Positions 9,415-17,852 of a stretch of 40,490 bases of DNA are shown here, in pieces. The stretch is taken from NCBI GenBank assembly GCA_964535515.1, contig CAZHTA010000004.1, forward strand, positions 27,888 to 68,377. Direction: 5' to 3'. Positions within the stretch are counted from its first letter, which is position 1, and each line of letters starts with the position of its first letter. The DNA is from an uncultured Gammaproteobacteria bacterium. Lineage in GTDB: Bacteria; Patescibacteriota; Patescibacteriia; Magasanikbacterales; GWA2-37-8. A model generated the notes under the pieces. It ran no database searches and had not been told where the DNA came from. It worked only from the letters and a program-made list of their open reading frames with translations. A program made the translations under genes and the position numbers.

Positions 9415-10890
9415 ATGCAAGATATTAATAGGTTGACTGAGAAAGATTGGTATTTTCAAGGGTTCAATGGTGTCCCAGCTCTTTTGTATGGTCCCGCTTG
9501 GTCTATGGCGCGTGATATGCCAAAATTTTTAGGTTTTGGCTATTCTGTTTGTGTTGAATATTTCACTAAGGATGTTTGTTATTATCTATATTCTTGGGAT
9601 GATTTATATAAAATTCATGATGAATTATTAAAACGTGTTAAACGCGACAAAAATTATTTGCGTTATTTATCAAAATCAGATGAATGTTTATGTAAAGAAG
9701 TGATTAAAGAATATAAAATTTTAGGTGGGAAAGATTGGTGCAGTGCTTCCATAAAAGAATTATTTTCGGGTTGGCGTAAAGCCAATGATTTATATGCGCA
9801 TCTTTTAGGGGTTTCGCATATTGTAGAAGGGTTTAGTTTAACCACAGAAGATCGAATTAGAGCTTTGATTAATGAAGTTTTTCCTAATGATTCCGGAGCT
9901 TTGTCGTTGCTCACTACTCCCAAGACGCATTCTTTTATGTCTATTGAGCACTATGAGTTATGTTTAATAGCTCATGGTGTTAAACGTATTAAATTGGGTA
10001 AGTGTACTGTTGAAAATATTTTGGTTAATAAGGTGATAAATAAAAAAATATGTCTTCATCAGGAGAAATATTATTGGAAATTAAATGGTTATACGTCGGC
10101 TAAGTTTCTAGACGACAAGTATTTTGCCAAAGAAATATGTGGTTTGTTAAACAAGAAAGTTAATTTTGAAAAATTTATTCATGATTTTGAAAATTTGTCC
10201 AAAAGATTAGATGGAAAAAAGAAACTTCTTAAAAAAGTGAAAAATCAAGAATTACTTGATTTATTAAAAATTTCTGATGCGTTGTTTGTGATCCACGATC
10301 GTCGTAAAGAGCATATGACGCAATCAATTACTTATTTGGAATTAATTTTAAGTGAGATTGCTAAGCGATTTAAAATACCTTTATCTGATTTGCACTATAT
10401 TCGTCCGTCAGAGTTAGAAAAGTTACCTAAGATTTGGTCGGAGTTAAAAAAGAGGAAAGAACATAGCATATACATTTTATATCCAGAAGGAGAGATGCCA
10501 GTATTAACTGGTTTAAAAGCAAAAAAATATTTTGAAAAAATTGAAAAGAATAAAAAATTAGATAAGATTTCGGAGATTAAAGGGAATGGTGCGTCGCCAG
10601 GAAAAGTAAGAGGCGTAGTTAAGGTGTGCCGCGGTGAAAAAGAATTAGGTAAAATGAAAGAAGGAGATATTCTCGTGGCGTGTATGACACAGCCTGAATT
10701 TTTACCGGCTTTGAGAAAAGCTAAGGCCGTCATTACTGATGAGGGTGGTTTGACTTGTCATGCTGCGATAGTGGCAAGGGAGTTAGGAATTCCTTGTGTG
10801 ATTGGAACAAAAGTAGCTACTAAAGTTTTAAAAGATGGTGATATGGTAGAAGTTGATGCGGATAATGGTATAATTAGGAGAATAAAATAG
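9415..10890 (+). CDS. Swivel paralog C: N-terminal module plus PEP-utilizer phosphohistidine domain
   Basis: DEGGLTCHAAIVARELGIPCVIGT and QEKYYW. Confidence 0.7.
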   Translation: MQDINRLTEKDWYFQGFNGVPALLYGPAWSMARDMPKFLGFGYSVCVEYFTKDVCYYLYSWDDLYKIHDELLKRVKRDKNYLRYLSKSDECLCKEVIKEYKILGGKDWCSASIKELFSGWRKANDLYAHLLGVSHIVEGFSLTTEDRIRALINEVFPNDSGALSLLTTPKTHSFMSIEHYELCLIAHGVKRIKLGKCTVENILVNKVINKKICLHQEKYYWKLNGYTSAKFLDDKYFAKEICGLLNKKVNFEKFIHDFENLSKRLDGKKKLLKKVKNQELLDLLKISDALFVIHDRRKEHMTQSITYLELILSEIAKRFKIPLSDLHYIRPSELEKLPKIWSELKKRKEHSIYILYPEGEMPVLTGLKAKKYFEKIEKNKKLDKISEIKGNGASPGKVRGVVKVCRGEKELGKMKEGDILVACMTQPEFLPALRKAKAVITDEGGLTCHAAIVARELGIPCVIGTKVATKVLKDGDMVEVDADNGIIRRIK

Positions 10891-10960
10891 TTCTTTAAAA
10901 CACAAGCACCCGACCGAAGTCGAGTGCGTTGTGCACGTTGTTGGGGCCTGCTCCAATGAG

Positions 10961-11452
10961 CTAGGCCAGTCGCGTCGCGGTACCGTCGCCGAGGTGGAGC
11001 TCGTACACGGCGCTGCTCGCAGCCTCGAGCTTGAGGCTCTCGAGCACCGGACGTCCGGCCACGAGGACGACGTCCGGGCTGCCCTCGGCGAGGATCAGCA
11101 TGCCGTACGTTTCCCGCAGGTGCATGAGCGTGGCTTCGCGGGACGGCATTCGGAACCGGTCCAACGTCGTCTGCGCGTTGCAGGCGAGCGCGATGTTCCA
11201 CCCTCCGTTGCCGTTGGGGACGCCCGAGCTGGGGTCACCCAGCATGGGATCGTACCACTCGATCTCCTGGAAGATGTCCAGCGCCTCGGCCGTGTCGATG
11301 TGACGCCGGGCGGTCCCGCAGAAGACTCGACGCTTGTCGGGGAGGGGCAGGTGCGGTACGAGCCGTTCGATCTCGCTTCTTCCTTTGCTCGTGAGACCGG
11401 GGTCCGCACCGGGACCCTTCGAACCGTGGGTGATCAATAGGACTCGCGCCAT
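10961..11452 (-). CDS. High-GC foreign ORF of 163 aa on the opposite strand, with a weak histidine-phosphatase-like pattern (THG in place of RHG). Function unknown.
   Basis: Open frame with very high GC3 across the whole island and a strong SD (GGAGAAcgagagATG), unlike native genes. Protein begins MARVLLITHGSKGPGADPGLTSKGRSEIERL and contains VFCGTARRHIDTAEAL. The listed 198-aa ORF starts at an upstream in-frame codon; the SD supports the MARV start. Confidence 0.4.
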   Translation of the reverse strand: MARVLLITHGSKGPGADPGLTSKGRSEIERLVPHLPLPDKRRVFCGTARRHIDTAEALDIFQEIEWYDPMLGDPSSGVPNGNGGWNIALACNAQTTLDRFRMPSREATLMHLRETYGMLILAEGSPDVVLVAGRPVLESLKLEAASSAVYELHLGDGTATRLA

Positions 11453-11605
11453 CTCTCGTTCTCCTATGGTTGTGCGACACGCTGTCGCTTGGTCCCAAAT
11501 AAACGTGCAGTTTGTTTCAGATAGTGCTCGGATTTGGTTAAATCCAGGCAAAATCATGGTACCAAACGTTTCAGTATAGTATATTTTCGCTGTTTTGTCA
11601 ATATT

Positions 11606-13087
11606 ATGTACAAATCACCTCAATTTAAATCAAATAAACTAGAACTTACGGTTAGTCGTCCGTATGTTCCTTTGTGTGCTAACTATTTTTTCCAAAGCTA
11701 CAGTAATCCAGAATATTTTAAGAAGTTTTATAAAATTAACTTTTTTACTCGTTTATTAGCAATTAATGCGGATTTTTATTATGGCCTAGAAGCAAAAGAT
11801 TTTGGCTATGTTCTTTTTGGACAAGCGGCAAAGTATGGTAGTCATAGTAAAATTAAAAAGAAAAATCTTAAGGGTATTTTGCACATTTTTGATCGGACCT
11901 ATAAATTTGGTGATTCGTTATTGGAATTTACTTTGCAAGTTAAGAAAACAGATTTTTCTGAATATTCAAAGAAGCAATTATTAGAGGTGTTTGGAAAATT
12001 TTCGAAAGATTATGTTGTTTTTTGTACTGCTTTATTGGGTATGAATATGCAGTATGTTGTCGAAGATGGTTTGCGTGAGTTTCTACGAAGTGATAAAAAC
12101 GCAGAAGAGGAGCTTGCGATTTTGACTTTTCCTGATAAACAAAATGTTCTTGTTCAAGAACTAATGGACTTATTGCGTTTACGAATTAAATTAGAAAAAG
12201 TTGGTGTTAAGAATTTGGAAAAATGTAAGACCAAGGAGCTTGGCTTACTAAAGAAGCATGTTGATAAGTACGGTTGGATCAATGCTCGTGGTGCCATTAA
12301 TGAAGGATGGACGGTAAAAGAGGTTTTTGATCGGGCGATGGCAGAAAAGAATTGTGCTAAACGTTTGGTTGAGATAGTTAAGAATCAAAAAGAGCATCAA
12401 AAACAAGTTCGAGATATATTTAAAACAAAAAAACCTAATGCGGAAATTAGGGATTTAATAAAAATCGCCAAAGAGCTGGTATATTTTCGCACCTACCGTA
12501 CAGATTATCTTAATTGGATGTTTTTTAATATTCGTCCTTTATTAAATGCGTTGGCAGGTAAGATGGGTATTAGTTTTGAGGATATTATATATTATCTACC
12601 AAAAGAAATCATGACTAAGAAAAAAGTGTCTGAAAAAGAGGTTGTTCGTCGCAAGGAAGGTTACGCGATATTGTTAGCTAAACCTTATGAGGTATTATTC
12701 TCCTCTGATCCTAAGAAAATATTGGAATGGAAAAAGAAACATACTGAGGTATTAGGTGGCAATGTTACGGAAGTTAAGGGTATGTCTGCATACAAAGGTA
12801 TTGTTCGTGGTAAGGCTGTGTTGGTATTGAAAAAGGCTGATATGGTAAAGGTTAAGTCGGGGGATGTTTTAATCACTTTTATGACTACGCCAGATATGGT
12901 ATCGGTTATGCAGAAAGCAATAGCGTTTGTTACTGATGAGGGTGGTATTACATGCCATGCGGCGATTGTAGCACGGGAGATGAAGAGACCGTGTGTAACA
13001 GGGACCAAAATTGCTACTAAGGTTTTTAAAGATGGCGATGAAGTAGAAGTGGATGCGAATACTGGTGTAGTGAAAATTATTAAATAA
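11606..13087 (+). CDS. Swivel paralog D: N-terminal module plus PEP-utilizer phosphohistidine domain
   Basis: DEGGITCHAAIVAREMKRPCVTGT and KHVDKYGW. The listed ORF starts at a TTG (11534) inside the island; the first ATG is at 11606 (MYKSPQFK). Confidence 0.65.
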   Translation: MYKSPQFKSNKLELTVSRPYVPLCANYFFQSYSNPEYFKKFYKINFFTRLLAINADFYYGLEAKDFGYVLFGQAAKYGSHSKIKKKNLKGILHIFDRTYKFGDSLLEFTLQVKKTDFSEYSKKQLLEVFGKFSKDYVVFCTALLGMNMQYVVEDGLREFLRSDKNAEEELAILTFPDKQNVLVQELMDLLRLRIKLEKVGVKNLEKCKTKELGLLKKHVDKYGWINARGAINEGWTVKEVFDRAMAEKNCAKRLVEIVKNQKEHQKQVRDIFKTKKPNAEIRDLIKIAKELVYFRTYRTDYLNWMFFNIRPLLNALAGKMGISFEDIIYYLPKEIMTKKKVSEKEVVRRKEGYAILLAKPYEVLFSSDPKKILEWKKKHTEVLGGNVTEVKGMSAYKGIVRGKAVLVLKKADMVKVKSGDVLITFMTTPDMVSVMQKAIAFVTDEGGITCHAAIVAREMKRPCVTGTKIATKVFKDGDEVEVDANTGVVKIIK

Positions 13088-13117
13088 TTTGTTTATATAT
13101 TTTTAACTTATAAAAAT

Positions 13118-14200
13118 ATGGAAAGAGGACCAAGTTTAAGGCCAGAGGATATGCTAGTTGGCAATGATGGGGTGGATCAGAAAGCGCGAGGTGTAATTGA
13201 ATCACGTGATAGCGCCGTAGCTCATAATATTGAGCGTGGGGAAGGCTTATCATCTTCGCGTGTTGTTTTGGAGTTTATGCGTCATGGTAAAAAAGAAAAA
13301 GCGCCAGGCAAAGATGATCGTGATATACGCATTGTTCCGGAAGCGCGTGTGGCAGCAACGGAAAAAGGTAAAAAATTAGGAGCGCAAGCTGAGGTGTCGG
13401 TTGTTTATGCTAGTCCGCGTAACCGTACTCAGGAATCTGCTGGCCGAGTTGCTTTGGGTAATCAATCAGAAATTACTGCGGATATGAGCTTAGAGGATAT
13501 TATGGTTAAAACAATGGAGCATAATGCTATTTTAATGCCTGATCAGTTAGAACGTTTGCGCGAGCTGTTGTCTCATCCAATGGAAGAATTAAATGCTGAA
13601 GAAAAGAAGGAGCTAAAACTTTTGTCGAGTAAAGGTAAAAAAATCATGGTTGATGAACGTTTGGATTTTACTGATGAAACAGAGGAGGGTCTAAAAGCTT
13701 TTATGGCTGGTCGTTATTTAGATCATGCTGTAAAGGATAGTGATCAGTTGGCAATTGCAAAGCATGATACTAAATTATCTACCTATACTCGTTCGGCTGG
13801 TAAGATCGCGGAGATTGTTTCTAAATATATTCAGGTGGGTAAAAATTTTAACAAAAGAGTAAGTGTTGATCCAGAGAAATATAAAAAATTCGGTAATCAA
13901 TTAGAAAGATATTTTGGTTCACACCAAGGTGTTGTAGAATGTTTTTTGTTGAAAGCAATCGAGAAAATAAAAGGTGTAAAAGAGCGTGATGAGATTTTGG
14001 CTTTGATGCCAGCAGGTTTTAAAGAGTTACAAGGTGTAAGGATTGGCATTGAGAACAATGGCAAAGGAGAACAGGTGATTGTTTTAGATGCCGAAGTTGA
14101 AGGAAGAAAGATTAATTTAGAATTAACCCCAGAGATTTTAATGGGTATGGTTAGTGATAGAGATGTGCTGGATGAACAATGTAAGAGTAGTGTGGAGTAA
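13118..14200 (+). CDS. Histidine phosphatase superfamily (PGAM/SixA-like, RHG motif) protein
   Basis: VLEFMRHGKKE (RHG), then VPEAR..A.EKGKKLG, VVYASPRNRTQESA (SP..R..Q.A) and a distal GSHQGVVE resembling the second catalytic His region. Confidence 0.55.
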   Translation: MERGPSLRPEDMLVGNDGVDQKARGVIESRDSAVAHNIERGEGLSSSRVVLEFMRHGKKEKAPGKDDRDIRIVPEARVAATEKGKKLGAQAEVSVVYASPRNRTQESAGRVALGNQSEITADMSLEDIMVKTMEHNAILMPDQLERLRELLSHPMEELNAEEKKELKLLSSKGKKIMVDERLDFTDETEEGLKAFMAGRYLDHAVKDSDQLAIAKHDTKLSTYTRSAGKIAEIVSKYIQVGKNFNKRVSVDPEKYKKFGNQLERYFGSHQGVVECFLLKAIEKIKGVKERDEILALMPAGFKELQGVRIGIENNGKGEQVIVLDAEVEGRKINLELTPEILMGMVSDRDVLDEQCKSSVE

Positions 14201-14210
14201 TATTGTTGTT

Positions 14211-15281
14211 ATGTCTATCGTTCCTGATAAATTTTTAAAAGGAGAGTGTTGGCTGAAAGATTGGGCGGGTCAGTGGGATCTTTTTATTTGTTTTTATTCA
14301 GGAGAAGATTATACCACCTTACTTAAAAAGTGGTTGGGTATTAATTTTGATAAATGTCTTTTTATTTATCACGATGGGTTTGTGGAGTGTTATTTAAATA
14401 AAAGATGTTTAGATATTTTGGGTAGAGAGATTAACGCGAGGGTTAAAGAGGATGTTTTGTGGATTGATAGGAATTGTAAAGATCTTAAAAAGAATACACA
14501 AATTTTCCTAAAATATTTTGCTGAGCATAAAAACGATTTGGTTGCGGAAGAGACATTGAAGAAGTTTTTGCAGTTGGTTAGCAATTGTTTTGCTGCGTAT
14601 ATTTCTAATAAATTAGCATTTGATTATTTGTCAGCAGATATATTAAAGAAAAAATGGAATGTGATGGAATCGGCACGTGTATACTCAGAATCGGTTTATA
14701 CGGCGTGTATAGAGTTTGTTCACAATTGGGGTAAACAAATGGCGAAAAAAGTTAAGATACCAAAGGATCTCTTTCTTTGTTGTTCGTTAAATGAAATTGA
14801 AACTTATTATCGATCGGGTAGATTACCAAGTGTTAGCGAGTTAAAGCGACGGTATTCGTTTAATGTGATACTTTCACAGAATGGTCAGAGTTTTTTATTG
14901 ACTGGCTCAGAGGCTAAGGCTGTTGAGAAAAAGATTATTAGTTCATTTGGCGACAGTAAAACCATTAAAGGCACCTGTGCCTATCCGGGGAAAGTAACGG
15001 GGCGGGTTAGAATTGTTTTTGATCCTAAAAAGATAAAAGATTTTAAAGATGGGGATATCTTGGTAACACCGATGACGCGACCGGAGTATCTTTCTCTAGT
15101 TAAAAAATCCGCTGGTTTTATTACTGATGCTGGCGGTATGCTTTCTCACGCCGCTATTACAGCGCGCGAGTTAAAGAAGCCGTGCGTGGTAGGTACCCAA
15201 GTGGCTACGCGTTTGTTAAAAAATGGAGATGAGGTGGAAGTGGATGCCAACAAAGGGATAGTTAATGTGATTAAAAGATAA
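14211..15281 (+). CDS. Swivel paralog E: shorter N-terminal module plus PEP-utilizer phosphohistidine domain
   Basis: DAGGMLSHAAITARELKKPCVVGT (Ser replaces the usual Cys before the His). First non-overlapping ATG is at 14211; the listed ORF begins at 14154. Confidence 0.6.
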   Translation: MSIVPDKFLKGECWLKDWAGQWDLFICFYSGEDYTTLLKKWLGINFDKCLFIYHDGFVECYLNKRCLDILGREINARVKEDVLWIDRNCKDLKKNTQIFLKYFAEHKNDLVAEETLKKFLQLVSNCFAAYISNKLAFDYLSADILKKKWNVMESARVYSESVYTACIEFVHNWGKQMAKKVKIPKDLFLCCSLNEIETYYRSGRLPSVSELKRRYSFNVILSQNGQSFLLTGSEAKAVEKKIISSFGDSKTIKGTCAYPGKVTGRVRIVFDPKKIKDFKDGDILVTPMTRPEYLSLVKKSAGFITDAGGMLSHAAITARELKKPCVVGTQVATRLLKNGDEVEVDANKGIVNVIKR

Positions 15282-15288
15282 TGATTTT

Positions 15289-16839
15289 ATGAAGGTGCTA
15301 AAAACTTTTCCTTTGGCTTTGACCAAAAAAACTGCTAGTCAGTTTAATAAGGCGTTTCATGCCAAGTTATTTACTTTGTTTGCTTCTTCGATGAGTGAAC
15401 TAATGCAGTTGGCTAAGGATTTTCCTGTGCATTATAAACATTGTTTGTGTTTTATTAAAGATGATTTAGGCCAGTGGTTTTTGGGCGCAGATAGCATCGA
15501 AAGAGTTAGGCGGTATATCATAAAAAAAGCTGATGAGGATTTTTCTCAGATAAATAAATATTATTTACGTTGGCAGAAAGACTGGGGTAAGTTTTTAATA
15601 TTAAACAGAAAATTAATTAGTTCAGATTTTAGTTCTTTGACTGACAAGCGGTTGTATAAAGTTTTTGATGAGTTTTATGATCTATATTTAAAAGTAGGTG
15701 GTGTGGCATATATTAGTGATGCCTTTATGTCCTCTGGGGAAAAAGATTGGCTGCAAGAGGTTATAAACCAAGAATTAAAACGCATTTATAAAGATATTGA
15801 AAAAGTAAAAAGGGTGGCGGCGGATTTGATTTCGCCAGTTCATCTTTCTTTTGTTTTGGAAGAAGAACTTGAATTATTAAAACTAGCTCCGGCGTTTATT
15901 AATCTTACTGGTAAATTGGTGGGTTTTAATAAGTTGTCCGCTAAACAACTAGCGCAGCTGGAACGTCATGCTGACAAATATTATTGGATGAATAATAACT
16001 ACTATAACGTAGAATTTTACGATGCATTTTCAGTATATACACATCTGGTCAATCTTTTAGATGGTTTGCAACAAGAAAAACGTAGCCTTAGTGATTTTTT
16101 GGCGGAGAGACAGCGCGAATTAAAGGAAAATAAAACGAGGCGTGAGGGGTTGATTAGTGATATTAAGCTACCAAAAAAGATTAAGAGCTTAATTCGGGTA
16201 GCTAATTTGTTTAGCAAGTGGAAAGACGTTCGGAAAAGTGGTGTGTATCGTGGCATGGCAATTTTTGATAAATTTTTGGGCGAGATAGCAATGCGTACTG
16301 GTTATACAAAAAAGGAAATTACTTTTTTAGTTTTTCCGGAGTTCAAGGATTTATTGTTAAATAGAAAAGATTTTCGGTTGGTTATAAAAGATCGTCAAAA
16401 GCAAATATTTTTTGTGGTGCGTCCGCACGACTATCTTTTGGTTAGCGGTCAAAAGGCGGATAAATATTTTGCTTGTTTGTCCGAAGGACTCAATGCTGAG
16501 ATGAAAGAATTCAAAGGAGCAGTGGCCTCCAAAGGAATCGCGCGCGGGGTGGTGCGGATGATAAGGAAAACAGAAGAGATGAAAGACTTTAAAAAAGGTG
16601 AAATTTTAGTTACCAACAATACTACACCAGAGTTTGTTCCAATCATGAAAAAGGCCGCAGCGATCATTACTGAACAAGGTGGTATAACCTCACATGCTGC
16701 TGTAGTTTCGCGTGAATTGCGTAAGCCGTGTATTATTGGTGTTAAAGGTATTACAACCATTTTAAAAACAGGGGTAGAGGTTGAAGTAGATGCTAATCAT
16801 GGTATAATTAAGATTATTAATAAAAGTTTAAAGAAATAA
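15289..16839 (+). CDS. Swivel paralog F: N-terminal module plus PEP-utilizer phosphohistidine domain
   Basis: EQGGITSHAAVVSRELRKPCIIGV and ERHADKYYW. Confidence 0.7.
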   Translation: MKVLKTFPLALTKKTASQFNKAFHAKLFTLFASSMSELMQLAKDFPVHYKHCLCFIKDDLGQWFLGADSIERVRRYIIKKADEDFSQINKYYLRWQKDWGKFLILNRKLISSDFSSLTDKRLYKVFDEFYDLYLKVGGVAYISDAFMSSGEKDWLQEVINQELKRIYKDIEKVKRVAADLISPVHLSFVLEEELELLKLAPAFINLTGKLVGFNKLSAKQLAQLERHADKYYWMNNNYYNVEFYDAFSVYTHLVNLLDGLQQEKRSLSDFLAERQRELKENKTRREGLISDIKLPKKIKSLIRVANLFSKWKDVRKSGVYRGMAIFDKFLGEIAMRTGYTKKEITFLVFPEFKDLLLNRKDFRLVIKDRQKQIFFVVRPHDYLLVSGQKADKYFACLSEGLNAEMKEFKGAVASKGIARGVVRMIRKTEEMKDFKKGEILVTNNTTPEFVPIMKKAAAIITEQGGITSHAAVVSRELRKPCIIGVKGITTILKTGVEVEVDANHGIIKIINKSLKK

Positions 16840-16840
16840 T

Positions 16841-17827
16841 ATGCCAAAAGTTTCTCATATTAAGTTTTTTAAGAATATCTCTAAAAGTGATGTTGATATT
16901 GCTGGTGGTAAGGGTGCGTCTTTAGGTGAGATGACACAAGCCAAGATTCCAGTACCAAATGGTTTTGTGGTTTTAGCCGCAGCCTTTGATCGTTTTTTAG
17001 AAGAGACACAATTAAAAGAGGAAATTGTGGCACGGCTAAAGGAAGTTAACCCAGAAGATACTAATTCGGTTGATCGTATTAGTGCGGTTATTCGTGATGC
17101 GATTCATGATCGGTCAATGCCTAAAGATTTGCAGAAAGAAATTTTAGGAGCATTTACTAAGTTAGATGCTAAATTTGTGGCTGTACGTTCATCGGCTACA
17201 GCAGAGGACTCATCTGTTGCTAGCTGGGCAGGGGAGCTGGAGAGTTATTTAAATACGAGTAAAAAAGATTTGATTGAACGGGTGCGTCGTTGTTGGTCGT
17301 CGTTGTTTACTCCGCGTGCTATTTTTTATCGTCATGAAAAAGGGTTAATTGACCATTATGTCTCAGTAGCGGTAGTAGTACAAAAAATGGTGCAGTCAGA
17401 AATTTCTGGCATTGCTTTTACTGTTCATCCAGTAACGGAAGATTATGACCAGATGATTATTGAAGCGGGGTATGGTTTGGGTGAAGCGATTGTCTCTGGA
17501 CAAATTACACCTGATAGCTATGTGATTAGCAAGGGTAGTATGGAGATTATGGATACTTATGTTAGTTCACAAGCTCGTCAGTTAATTCGTAAGAAATCTG
17601 CTAAGAGCAAAGGGGATGAAGAAAACACTTCAAATGAGTGGGTAAATTTAGGTAAAAAAGGTGAAAAACAAAAGGTCGACAACAAAACGGTCTTGGCCCT
17701 GGCCAAAGTATTTAAACGGATTGAGGACCATTACAAGTTTCCGTGTGATATCGAATGGGCTATGGAAAAGAAAAAAATATATATTACCCAAAGTCGTCCG
17801 ATTACTACTTTAAAGAAGAAAAAGTAG
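16841..17827 (+). CDS. Stand-alone PEP synthase / pyruvate phosphate dikinase N-terminal nucleotide-binding (ATP-grasp, PPDK_N-like) domain protein
   Basis: DVDIAGGKGASLGEM, VAVRSSATAEDSSVASWAGELESY, ISGIAFTVHPVT and ITQSRPIT are motifs of the PEP synthase/PPDK/rifampin-phosphotransferase ATP-binding domain. There is no swivel or PEP-binding domain in this ORF. It starts 1 nt after paralog F. Confidence 0.75.
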   Translation: MPKVSHIKFFKNISKSDVDIAGGKGASLGEMTQAKIPVPNGFVVLAAAFDRFLEETQLKEEIVARLKEVNPEDTNSVDRISAVIRDAIHDRSMPKDLQKEILGAFTKLDAKFVAVRSSATAEDSSVASWAGELESYLNTSKKDLIERVRRCWSSLFTPRAIFYRHEKGLIDHYVSVAVVVQKMVQSEISGIAFTVHPVTEDYDQMIIEAGYGLGEAIVSGQITPDSYVISKGSMEIMDTYVSSQARQLIRKKSAKSKGDEENTSNEWVNLGKKGEKQKVDNKTVLALAKVFKRIEDHYKFPCDIEWAMEKKKIYITQSRPITTLKKKK

Positions 17828-17852
17828 TTATGGGTATTTAACTTATTGAACT

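Noticed and set aside
10758-11579. Six additional overlapping ORFs of 81-169 aa in all frames of high-GC island 1, and five in island 2 (24220-24662)
   Set aside because: Stop-codon depletion in GC-rich DNA opens every frame. Only the minus-strand 10961-11452 frame combines high GC3 with an SD and start codon. The others have no signals.
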